A stretch of DNA of 64,000 nt from the human T2T-CHM13v2.0 reference genome, Homo sapiens. How positions within the stretch are numbered: position 1 is the stretch's first letter; every line of letters begins with the position of its first letter. The notes under the pieces are model-generated. The model saw only the letters and a program-made list of their open reading frames with translations. It did no database searches and was not told the origin of the DNA. Position numbers and translations under genes: made by a program. This document shows, one piece after another, positions 36,401 through 48,700 of this stretch. Location: NCBI RefSeq assembly GCF_009914755.1, contig NC_060925.1; one strand, written 5' to 3'.

Positions 36401-39400
36401 AAGAGAGTTTCAAAACTGCTCTATCAAAAGGAATGTTCAACTCTGTGAGTTGCATGCAATCATCACAGAGAAGTTTCTGAGAAGGCTTCTGTCTAGATTT
36501 TATGTGAAGATATAGCCGTTTCGAACGAAGGCCACAAAGTGCTCCAAATATCCACTTGCAGGTCCTCCAAAAAGAGTGTTTCAAACGTGAACTACCAAAG
36601 GAAGGCTCAACTCTGGACTTTGAATGCCAACGTCAGAAAGATGTTTCTGCGAAAGCTTCTGTTTAGTTAGGTGACGTTATCCCGCTTCCAACGAAATCCT
36701 CAGAGAGGTCCAAATATTCACCTGCAGAGTCTCCAAAATTGTGTTTCAAAACTGCTCCACCCAAAGGAATGTTCAGCTCTGTGAGTTGAACTCAATCATC
36801 CCAAAGTATTTTCTGAGAATGCTTCTGTCCAGTTTTTACATGAAGCTGTTTCGTTTACTACCATAGGCCTCAAAGCATTCCAAATCTCCACTTGAAGATA
36901 GTACGAAAAGAGGGTTTCAACCTGAACTCACAAGGGAAGTTTCAACTCTGTCAGTTGAATGCCAACATCACAAAGAAGTTCTGAGAGTGTTCCTCTTCAG
37001 TTATGTGAGGTTTATCGCGTTTCCAACGAAATTCTCTGAGAAGTCCCAAAATCCACTTGCATATTCTACAAAAAGTGTGTTTTGAAAATGCGCCATCAAA
37101 AGATATGCTCAGCTCTGTGAGTTAAACTCAATCATCGTAAAGAATTTTCTGAGAATGCTTCTGTCTTGTTTTTAGATGAAGGTCTTTCCTTTACTACGAT
37201 AGGCCTCAAAGAGTTCCAAATCTCCACTTGCAGATTCTGCAGGAGGAGTGTTTCAAACCTGAAATGTCAGAGAAAGGTTCAACACTGTGAGTTGAATGCA
37301 AGCATCACGAAGAAGGTTCTGAGAATGCTTCTGTTTGTGTAGGTGACTTCTCTCCCGTATCCAACGAAATCCTCAGAGCGGTCCAAATCTCCACTTGCAG
37401 ATTCTACACAAAGTGTGTTTGGAAACTGCTCCATCCAAAGGAATGTTCAGCTCTGTGAGTTGAACTCAAGCATCACAATGTGTTTCCTGGGAATGCTCCT
37501 GTCTCGTTTTTATGTGCAGTTATATCCTCTACTGCCATAGGCCTCAAAACGGTACAAATCTCCCCTTTCAGATTCTACCAAAAGTGTGTTTCCAAACGGC
37601 TCCATCAAAGGGAATGTTCAACTCGGTGACTTGAATGCAATCATCACAAAGCAGCTTCTGAGAATGCTTCCATGTAGCTTTGATGAGAAGATATTTCCTT
37701 TTCCTCCCCAGGCCTCGAAGCCCTCCAAATGTCCCCTTGCAGATGCTAGAAAGAGGGGGTTTCAAAGTAGCTCTATCAAAAGGAAAGTATAGCTCTGTGA
37801 GTTGAATACAAACGTCACAAGGAAGTTCCTGAGCATGGTTCCGTTTAGCTTTTACGGGAAGATTATTCCATTTCCATCGAAATGTTCAAAGAGGTCCGCA
37901 TATCCGCTTGCAGATTCCACCGAAAGAGTGTTTCCAAACTGCTGCATCAAAAGGAATCCTCAGCTCCGTGAGTTGAATGCAATCATCACCAAGAAGTTTC
38001 TGACAATGCTTCTCTCTAGTTTTTATGTGAAGATATTTCCTTTTCCACCACAGGCCTGAAAGCACTCCAAATGTCCACTTGGAGGCTCTACGAAAAGAAT
38101 GTTTCAAAACTGCTCTATGAAAAGCAATGTTATACTCTGGGAGTTGAACACAAGCCTCACAAAGGAGTTTCTGAGAATGCTTCTGTTTACTTTTTACGTG
38201 AGGATATTCCCGTTTCCAAAGAAGTCTTCACAGAGTTCCACCTATCCATTTGCAGATGCTAGCAAAAGAGAGTTTCAAAACTGCTCTATCAAAAGGAATG
38301 TTCAACTCTGTGAGTTGCATGCAATCATCACAGAGAAGTTTCTGAGAAGGCTTCTGTCTAGAATTTATGTGAAGATATACCCGTTTCGAACGAAGGCCAC
38401 AAAGTGCTCCAAATATCCACTTGCAGGTCCTCCAAAAAGAGTGTTTCAAACGTGAACTACCAAAGGAAGGCTCAAATCTGGACTTTGAATGCCAACGTCA
38501 GAAGGATGTTTCTGCGAAAGCTTCTGTTTAGTTAGGTGACGTTATCCCACTTCCAACGAAATCCTCAGAGAGGTCCAAGTATCCACCTGCAGAGTCTACA
38601 AAAAGTGTGTTTCAGAACTGCTCCACCCAAAGGAATGTTCAGCTCTGTGAGTTGAACTCAATCATCCCAAAGTATTTTCTGAGAATGCTTCCGTCCAGTT
38701 TTTACATGAAGCTGTTTCCTTTACTACCGTAGGCCTGAAAGCGTTCCAAACCTCCACTTGCAGATACTACGAAAAGAGAGTTTCAACCTGAACTCACAAG
38801 GGAAGGTTCAACTCTGTCAGTTGAATGCCAACATCACAAAGAAGTTCTGAGAATGTTCCTCTTCAGTTATGTGAGGTTTATCCCGTTTCCAACGAAATTC
38901 TCAGAGAAGTCCCAAAATCCACTTGCCTATTCTACAAAAGGTGTGTTTTGAAAATGCGCCATCAAAAGATATGTCAGCTCTGTGAGTTAAACTCAATCAT
39001 CGCAAAGAATTTTCTGAGAATGCTTCTGTCTTGTTTTTAGATGAAGTTCTTTCCTTTACTACGACAGGCCTCAAAGAGGTCCAAATCTCCACTTGCAGAT
39101 TCTGCAGAAGGAGTGTTTCAAACCTGAACTATCAGAGAAAGGTTCAACACTGTGAGTTGAATGCAAGCATCACGAAGATGGTTCTGAGAATGCTTCTGTT
39201 TACGTAGGTGAGTTCTCTCCCGTATCCAACGAAATCCTCAGAGCGGTCCGAATCTCCACTTGCAGATTCTACACAAAGTGTGTTTGGAAACTGCTCCATC
39301 CAAAGGAATGTTCAGCTCTGTGAGTTGATCTCCATCGTCACAAAGTGTTTCCTGGGAATGCCACTGTCTCGTTTTTATGTGCAGTTATGTCCTCTACTGC

Positions 39401-39700
39401 CATAGGCCTCAAAGCGGTCCAAATATCCCCTTTCAGATTCTACCAAAAGTGTGTTTCCAAACGACTCCATCAAAGGGAATGTACAACTCGGTGACTTGAA
39501 TGCAATCATCACAAAGCAGCTTCTGAGAATGCTTCCATGTAGCTTTGATGAGAAGATATTTCCTTTTCCACCCCAGGCCTCGAAGCCCTCCAAATGTCCC
39601 CTTGCAGATGCTAGAAAGAGAGGGTTTCAAAGCTGCTCTATCAAAAGGAAAGTACAACTCTGCGAGTTGAATGCAAACATCACAAAGAAGTTCCTGAGCA
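18401..39700 (-). repeat. Diverged/mosaic HOR zone M (~11.4 copies) with indels and nested duplications
   Basis: Unit lengths vary (1866,1868,1869,1868,1863,1865,1864,1865,1864,1865,1865). There are many private substitutions, and most L- and R-diagnostic alleles are absent. Confidence 0.88.
28580..36260. repeat. Tandem duplication of a 3729-bp two-HOR unit
   Basis: Identical ORF pairs at lag 3729 (28748/32477, 30110/33839, 30613/34342, 31749/35478, 31992/35721), plus shared private SNPs and indels (e.g. TTTCTAAAC 29290/33019; ATCCGC 31085/34814). Confidence 0.93.
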
Positions 39701-42700
39701 TGCTTCCGTTTAGCTTTTATGGGAAGATTATCCCTTTTCCATCGGAATGTTCAAAGAGGTCCACGTATCCGCTTGCAGATTCCACCGAAAGAGTGTTTCC
39801 AAACTGCTGCATCAAAAGGAATCCTCAGCTCCGTGAGTTGAATGCAATCATCACCAAGAAGTTTCTGACAATGCTTCTCTCTAGTTTTTATGTGAAGATA
39901 TTTCCTTATCCACCACAGGCCTGAAAGGGCTCCAAATGTCCACTTGGAGGCTCTACGAAAAGAATGTTTCAAAACTGCTCCATGAAAAGCAATGTTATAC
40001 TCTGGGAGTTGAACACAAGCCTCACAAAGGAGTTTCTGAGAATGCTTCTGTTTACTTTTTACGTGAGGATATTCCCATTTCCAAAGAAGTCTTCACAGAG
40101 TTCCACCTATCCATTTGCAGATGCTAGCAAAAGAGAGTTTCAAAACTGCTCTATCAAAAGGAATGTTCAACTCTGTGAGTTGCATGCAATCATCACAGAG
40201 AAGTTTCTGAGAAGGCTTCTGTCTAGATTTTATTTGAAGATATAGCCGTTTCGAACGAAGGCCACAAAGTGCTCCAAATATCCACTTGCAGGTCCTCCAA
40301 AAAGAGTGTTTCAAACGTGAACTACCAAAGGAAGGCTCAACTCTGGACTTTGAATGCCAACGTCAGAAGGATGTTTCTGCGAAAGCTTCTGTTTAGTTAG
40401 GCGACGTTATCCCGTTTCCAACGAAATCCTCAGAGAGGTCCAAATATCCACCTGCAGAGTCTACAAAAAGTGTGTTTCAAAACTGCTCCACCCAAAGGAA
40501 TGTTCAGCTCTGTGAGTTGAACTCAATCATCCCAAAGTATTTTCTGAGAATGCTTCTGTCCAGTTTTTACATGAAGCTGTTTCCTTTACTACCGTAGGCC
40601 TCAAAGCGTTCCAAATCTCCACTTGCATATGCTACGAAAGGAGCGTTTCAACCTGAACTCACAAGGGAAGGTTCACCTCTGTCAGTAGAATGTCAACATC
40701 ACAAAGAAGTTCTGAGAATGTTCCTCTTCAGTTATGTGAGGTTTATCCCGTTTCCAACGAAATTCTCAGAGAAGTCCCAATATCCACTTGCATATTCTAC
40801 AAAACGTGTGTTTTGAAAATGCTCCATCAAAAGACCTGCTCAGCTCTGTGAGTTAAACTCAATCATCGCAAAGAATTTTCTGAGAATGCTTCTGTCTTGT
40901 TTTTAGATGAAGTTCTTTCCTTTACTACGACAGGCCTCAAAGAGGTCCAAATCTCCACTTGCAGATTCTGCAGAAGGAGTGTTTCAAACCTGAACCGTCA
41001 GAGGAAGGTTCAACACTGTGAGTTGAATGCAAGCATCACGAAGAAGGTTCTGAGAATGCTTCTGTTTACGTAGGTGAGTTCTCTCCCGTATCCAACGAAA
41101 TCCTCAGAGCGGTCCGAATCTCCACTTGCAGATTCTACACAAAGTGTGTTTGGAAACTGCTCCATCCAAAGGAATGTTCAGCTCCGTGAGTTGAACTCAA
41201 TCGTCACAAAGTGTTTCCTGGGAATGCTACTGTCTCATTTTTATGTGCAGTTATATCCTCTACTGCCATAGGCCTCAAAGCGGTCCAAATCTCCCCTTTC
41301 AGATTCTACCAAAAGTGTGTTTCCAAACGGCTCCATCAAAGGCAATGTTCAGCTCGGTGACTTGAAAGCAATCATCACAAAGCAGCTTCTGAGAATGCTT
41401 CCATGTATCTTTGATGAGAAGACATTTCCTTTTCCACCCCAGGCCTCGAAGCCCTCCAAATGTCCCCTTGCAGATGCTAGAAAGAGAGGGTTTCAAAGCT
41501 GCTCTATCAAAAGGAAAGTACAACTCTGCGAGTTGAATGCAAACATCACAAAGAAGTTCCTGAGCATGCTTCCGTTTAGCTTTTATGGGAAGATTATCCC
41601 TTTTCCATCGGAATGTTCAAAGAGGTCCACGTATCCGCTTGCAGATTCCACCGAAAGAGTGTTTCCAAACTGCTGCATCAAAAGGAATCCTCAGCTCCGT
41701 GAGTTGAATGCAATCATCACCAAGAAGTTTCTGACAATGCTTCTCTCTAGTTTTTATGTGAAGATATTTCCTTATCCACCACAGGCCTGAAAGGGCTCCA
41801 AATGTCCACTTGGAGGCTCTACGAAAAGAATGTTTCAAAACTGCTCCATGAAAAGCAATGTTATACTCTGGGAGTTGAACACAAGCCTCACAAAGGAGTT
41901 TCTGAGAATGCTTCTGTTTACTTTTTACGTGAGGATATTCCCGTTTCCAAAGAAGTCTTCACAGAGTTCCACCTATCCATTTGCAGATGCTAGCAAAAGA
42001 GAGTTTCAAAACTGCTCTATCAAAAGGAATGTTCAACTCTGTGAGTTGCATGCAATCATCACAGAGAAGTTTCTGAGAAGGCTTCTGTCTAGATTTTATG
42101 TGAAGATATAGCCGTTTCGAACGAAGGCCACAAAGTGCTCCAAATATCCACTTGCAGGTCCTCCAAAAAGAGTGTTTCAAACGTGAACTACCAAAGGAAG
42201 GCTCAACTCTGGACTTTGAATGCCAACGTCAGAAGGATGTTTCTGCGAAAGCTTCTGTTTAGTTAGGCGACGTTATCCCGTTTCCAACGAAATCCTCAGA
42301 GAGGTCCAAATATCCACCTGCAGAGTCTACAAAAAGTGTGTTTCAAAACTGCTCCACCCAAAGGAATGTTCAGCTCTGTGAGTTGAACTCAATCATCCCA
42401 AAGTATTTTCTGAGAATGCTTCTGTCCAGTTTTTACATGAAGCTGTTTCCTTTACTACCGTAGGCCTCAAAGCGTTCCAAATCTCCACTTGCATATGCTA
42501 CGAAAGGAGCGTTTCAACCTGAACTCACAAGGGAAGGTTCACCTCTGTCAGTAGAATGTCAACATCACAAAGAAGTTCTGAGAATGTTCCTCTTCAGTTA
42601 TGTGAGGTTTATCCCGTTTCCAACGAAATTCTCAGAGAAGTCCCAATATCCACTTGCATATTCTACAAAACGTGTGTTTTGAAAATGCTCCATCAAAAGA

Positions 42701-45700
42701 CCTGCTCAGCTCTGTGAGTTAAACTCAATCATCGCAAAGAATTTTCTGAGAATGCTTCTGTCTTGTTTTTAGATGAAGTTCTTTCCTTTACTACGACAGG
42801 CCTCAAAGAGGTCCAAATCTCCACTTGCAGATTCTGCAGAAGGAGTGTTTCAAACCTGAACCGTCAGAGGAAGGTTCAACACTGTGAGTTGAATGCAAGC
42901 ATCACGAAGAAGGTTCTGAGAATGCTTCTGTTTACGTAGGTGAGTTCTCTCCCGTATCCAACGAAATCCTCAGAGCGGTCCGAATCTCCACTTGCAGATT
43001 CTACACAAAGTGTGTTTGGAAACTGCTCCATCCAAAGGAATGTTCAGCTCCGTGAGTTGAACTCAATCGTCACAAAGTGTTTCCTGGGAATGCTACTGTC
43101 TCATTTTTATGTGCAGTTATATCCTCTACTGCCATAGGCCTCAAAGCGGTCCAAATCTCCCCTTTCAGATTCTACCAAAAGTGTGTTTCCAAACGGCTCC
43201 ATCCAAGGCAATGTTCAGCTCGGTGACTTGAAAGCAATCATCACAAAGCAGCTTCTGAGAATGCTTCCATGTATCTTTGATGAGAAGACATTTCCTTTTC
43301 CACCCCAGGCCTCGAAGCCCTCCAAATGTCCCCTTGCAGATGCTAGAAAGAGAGGGTTTCAAAGCTGCTCTATCAAAAGGAAAGTACAACTCTGCGAGTT
43401 GAATGCAAACATCACAAAGAAGTTCCTGAGCATGCTTCCGTTTAGCTTTTATGGGAAGATTATCCCTTTTCCATCGGAATGTTCAAAGAGGTCCACGTAT
43501 CCGCTTGCAGATTCCACCGAAAGAGTGTTTCCAAACTGCTGCATCAAAAGGAATCCTCAGCTCCGTGAGTTGAATGCAATCATCACCAAGAAGTTTCTGA
43601 CAATGCTTCTCTCTAGTTTTTATGTGAAGATATTTCCTTATCCACCACAGGCCTGAAAGGGCTCCAAATGTCCACTTGGAGGCTCTACGAAAAGAATGTT
43701 TCAAAACTGCTCCATGAAAAGCAATGTTATACTCTGGGAGTTGAACACAAGCCTCACAAAGGAGTTTCTGAGAATGCTTCTGTTTACTTTTTACGTGAGG
43801 ATATTCCCGTTTCCAAAGAAGTCTTCACAGAGTTCCACCTATCCATTTGCAGATGCTAGCAAAAGAGAGTTTCAAAACTGCTCTATCAAAAGGAATGTTC
43901 AACTCTGTGAGTTGCATGCAATCATCACAGAGAAGTTTCTGAGAAGGCTTCTGTCTAGATTTTATGTGAAGATATAGCCGTTTCGAACGAAGGCCACAAA
44001 GTGCTCCAAATATCCACTTGCAGGTCCTCCAAAAAGAGTGTTTCAAACGTGAACTACCAAAGGAAGGCTCAACTCTGGACTTTGAATGCCAACGTCAGAA
44101 GGATGTTTCTGCGAAAGCTTCTGTTTAGTTAGGCGACGTTATCCCGTTTCCAACGAAATCCTCAGAGAGGTCCAAATATCCACCTGCAGAGTCTACAAAA
44201 AGTGTGTTTCAAAACTGCTCCACCCAAAGGAATGTTCAGCTCTGTGAGTTGAACTCAATCATCCCAAAGTATTTTCTGAGAATGCTTCTGTCCAGTTTTT
44301 ACATGAAGCTGTTTCCTTTACTACCGTAGGCCTCAAAGCGTTCCAAATCTCCACTGGCAGATGCTACGAAAGGAGCGTTTCAACCTGAACTCACAAGGGA
44401 AGGTTCACCTCTGTCAGTTGAATGTCAACATCACAAAGAAGTTCTGAGAATGTTCCTCTTCAGTTATGTGAGGTTTATCCCGTTTCCAACGAAATTCTCA
44501 GAGAAGTCCCAATATCCACTTGCATATTCTACAAAACGTGTGTTTTGAAAATGCTCCATCAAAAGACCTGCTCAGCTCTGTGAGTTAAACTCACTCATCG
44601 CAAAGAATTTTCTGAGAATGCTTCTGTCTTATTTTTAGATGAAGTTCTTTCCTTTACTACGACAGGCCTCAAAGAGGTCCAAATCTCCACTTGCAGATTC
44701 TGCAGAAGGAGTGTTTCAAACCTGAACCGTCAGAGGAAGGTTCAACACTGTGAGTTGAATGCAAGCATCACGAAGAAGGTTCTGAGAATGCTTCTGTTTA
44801 CGTAGGTGAGTTCTCTCCCTTATCCAACGAAATCCTCAGAGCGGTCCGAATCTCCACTTGCAGATTCTACACAAAGTGTGTTTGGAAACTGCTCCATCCA
44901 AAGAAATGTTCAGCTCCGTGAGTTGAACTCAATCGTCACAAAGTGTTTCCTGGGAATGCTACTGTCCCGTTTTTATGTGCAGTTTTATCCTCTACTGCCA
45001 TAGGCCTCAAAGCGGTCCAAATCTCCCCTTTCAGATTCTACCAAAAGTGTGTTTCCAAAAGGCTCCATCAAAGGGAATGTTCAGCTCGGTGACTTGAAAG
45101 CAATCATCACAAAGCAGCTTCTGAGAATGCTTCCATGTATCTTTGATGAGAAGACATTTCCTTTTCCACCCCAGGCCTCGAAGCCCTCCAAATGTCCCCT
45201 TGCAGATGCTAGAAAGAGAGGGTTTCAAAGCTGCTCTATCAAAAGGAAAGTACAACTCTGCGAGTTGAATGCAAACATCACAAAGAAGTTCCTGAGCATG
45301 CTTCCGTTTAGCTTTTATGGGAAGATTATCCCTTTTCCATCGGAATGTTCAAAGAGGTCCACGTATCCGCTTGCAGATTCCACCGAAAGAGTGTTTCCAA
45401 ACTGCTGCATCAAAAGGAATCCTCAGCTCCGTGAGTTGAATGCAATCATCACCAAGAAGTTTCTGACAATGCTTCTCTCTAGTTTTTATGTGAAGATATT
45501 TCCTTATCCACCACAGGCCTGAAAGGGCTCCAAATGTCCACTTGGAGGCTCTACGAAAAGAATGTTTCAAAACTGCTCCATGAAAAGCAATGTTATACTC
45601 TGGGAGTTGAACACAAGCCTCACAAAGGAGTTTCTGAGAATGCTTCTGTTTACTTTTTACGTGAGGATATTCCCATTTCCAAAGAAGTCTTCACAGAGTT

Positions 45701-48700
45701 CCACCTATCCATTTGCAGATGCTAGCAAAAGAGAGTTTCAAAACTGCTCTATCAAAAGGAATGTTCAACTCTGTGAGTTGCATGCAATCATCACAGAGAA
45801 GTTTCTGAGAAGGCTTCTGTCTAGATTTTATTTGAAGATATAGCCGTTTCGAACGAAGGCCACAAAGTGCTCCAAATATCCACTTGCAGGTCCTCCAAAA
45901 AGAGTGTTTCAAACGTGAACTACCAAAGGAAGGCTCAACTCTGGACTTTGAATGCCAACGTCAGAAGGATGTTTCTGCGAAAGCTTCTGTTTAGTTAGGC
46001 GACGTTATCCCGTTTCCAACGAAATCCTCAGAGAGGTCCAAATATCCACCTGCAGAGTCTACAAAAAGTGTGTTTCAAAACTGCTCCACCCAAAGGAATG
46101 TTCAGCTCTGTGAGTTGAACTCAATCATCCCAAAGTATTTTCTGAGAATGCTTCTGTCCAGTTTTTACATGAAGCTGTTTCCTTTACTACCGTAGGCCTC
46201 AAAGCGTTCCAAATCTCCACTTGCATATGCTACGAAAGGAGCGTTTCAACCTGAACTCACAAGGGAAGGTTCACCTCTGTCAGTAGAATGTCAACATCAC
46301 AAAGAAGTTCTGAGAATGTTCCTCTTCAGTTATGTGAGGTTTATCCCGTTTCCAACGAAATTCTCAGAGAAGTCCCAATATCCACTTGCATATTCTACAA
46401 AACGTGTGTTTTGAAAATGCTCCATCAAAAGACCTGCTCAGCTCTGTGAGTTAAACTCAATCATCGCAAAGAATTTTCTGAGAATGCTTCTGTCTTGTTT
46501 TTAGATGAAGTTCTTTCCTTTACTACGACAGGCCTCATAGAGGTCCAAATCTCCACTTGCAGATTCTGCAGAAGGAGTGTTTCAAACCTGAACCGTCAGA
46601 GGAAGGTTCAACACTGTGAGTTGAATGCAAGCATCACGAAGAAGGTTCTGAGAATGCTTCTGTTTACGTAGGTGAGTTCTCTCCCATATCCAACGAAATC
46701 CTCAGAGCGGTCCGAATCTCCACTTGCAGATTCTACACAAAGTGTGTTTGGAAACTGCTCCATCCAAAGGAATGTTCAGCTCCGTGAGTTGAACTCAATC
46801 GTCACAAAGTGTTTCCTGGGAATGCTACTGTCTCATTTTTATGTGCAGTTATATCCTCTACTGCCATAGGCCTCAAAGCGGTCCAAATCTCCCCTTTCAG
46901 ATTCTACCAAAAGTGTGTTTCCAAACGGCTCCATCAAAGGCAATGTTCAGCTCGGTGACTTGAAAGCAATCATCACAAAGCAGCTTCTGAGAATGCTTCC
47001 ATGTATCTTTGATGAGAAGACATTTCCTTTTCCACCCCAGGCCTCGAAGCCCTCCAAATGTCCCCTTGCAGATGCTAGAAAGAGAGGGTTTCAAAGCTGC
47101 TCTATCAAAAGGAAAGTACAACTCTGCGAGTTGAATGCAAACATCACAAAGAAGTTCCTGAGCATGCTTCCGTTTAGCTTTTATGGGAAGATTATCCCTT
47201 TTCCATCGGAATGTTCAAAGAGGTCCACGTATCCGCTTGCAGATTCCACCGAAAGAGTGTTTCCAAACTGCTGCATCAAAAGGAATCCTCAGCTCCGTGA
47301 GTTGAATGCAATCATCACCAAGAAGTTTCTGACAATGCTTCTCTCTAGTTTTTATGTGAAGATATTTCCTTATCCACCACAGGCCTGAAAGGGCTCCAAA
47401 TGTCCACTTGGAGGCTCTACGAAAAGAATGTTTCAAAACTGCTCCCTGAAAAGCAATGTTATACTCTGGGAGTTGAACACAAGCCTCACAAAGGAGTTTC
47501 TGAGAATGCTTCTGTTTACTTTTTACGTGAGGATATTCCCGTTTCCAAAGAAGTCTTCACAGAGTTCCACCTATCCATTTGCAGATGCTAGCAAAAGAGA
47601 GTTTCAAAACTGCTCTATCAAAAGGAATGTTCAACTCTGTGAGTTGCATGCAATCATCACAGAGAAGTTTCTGAGAAGGCTTCTGTCTAGATTTTATGTG
47701 AAGATATAGCCGTTTCGAACGAAGGCCACAAAGTGCTCCAAATATCCACTTGCAGGTCCTCCAAAAAGAGTGTTTCAAACGTGAACTACCAAAGGAAGGC
47801 TCAACTCTGGACTTTGAATGCCAACGTCAGAAGGATGTTTCTGCGAAAGCTTCTGTTTAGTTAGGCGACGTTATCCCGTTTCCAACGAAATCCTCAGAGA
47901 GGTCCAAATATCCACCTGCAGAGTCTACAAAAAGTGTGTTTCAAAACTGCTCCACCCAAAGGAATGTTCAGCTCTGTGAGTTGAACTCAATCATCCCAAA
48001 GTATTTTCTGAGAATGCTTCTGTCCAGTTTTTACATGAAGCTGTTTCCTTTACTACCGTAGGCCTCAAAGCGTTCCAAATCTCCACTTGCAGATGCTACG
48101 AAAGGAGCGTTTCAACCTGAACTCACAAGGGAAGGTTCACCTCTGTCAGTTGAATGTCAACATCACAAAGAAGTTCTGAGAATGTTCCTCTTCAGTTATG
48201 TGAGGTTTATCCCGTTTCCAACGAAATTCTCAGAGAAGTCCCAATATCCACTTGCATATTCTACAAAACGTGTGTTTTGAAAATGCTCCATCAAAAGACC
48301 TGCTCAGCTCTGTGAGTTAAACTCAATCATCGCAAAGAATTTTCTGAGAATGCTTCTGTCTTGTTTTTAGATGAAGTTCTTTCCTTTACTACGACAGGCC
48401 TCAAAGAGGTCCAAATCTCCACTTGCAGATTCTGCAGAAGGAGTGTTTCAAACCTGAACCGTCAGAGGAAGGTTCAACACTGTGAGTTGAATGCAAGCAT
48501 CACGAAGAAGGTTCTGAGAATGCTTCTGTTTACGTAGGTGAGTTCTCTCCCGTATCCAACGAAATCCTCAGAGCGGTCCGAATCTCCACTTGCAGATTCT
48601 ACACAAAGTGTGTTTGGAAACTGCTCCATCCAAAGGAATGTTCAGCTCCGTGAGTTGAACTCAATCGTCACAAAGTGTTTCCTGGGAATGCTACTGTCTC

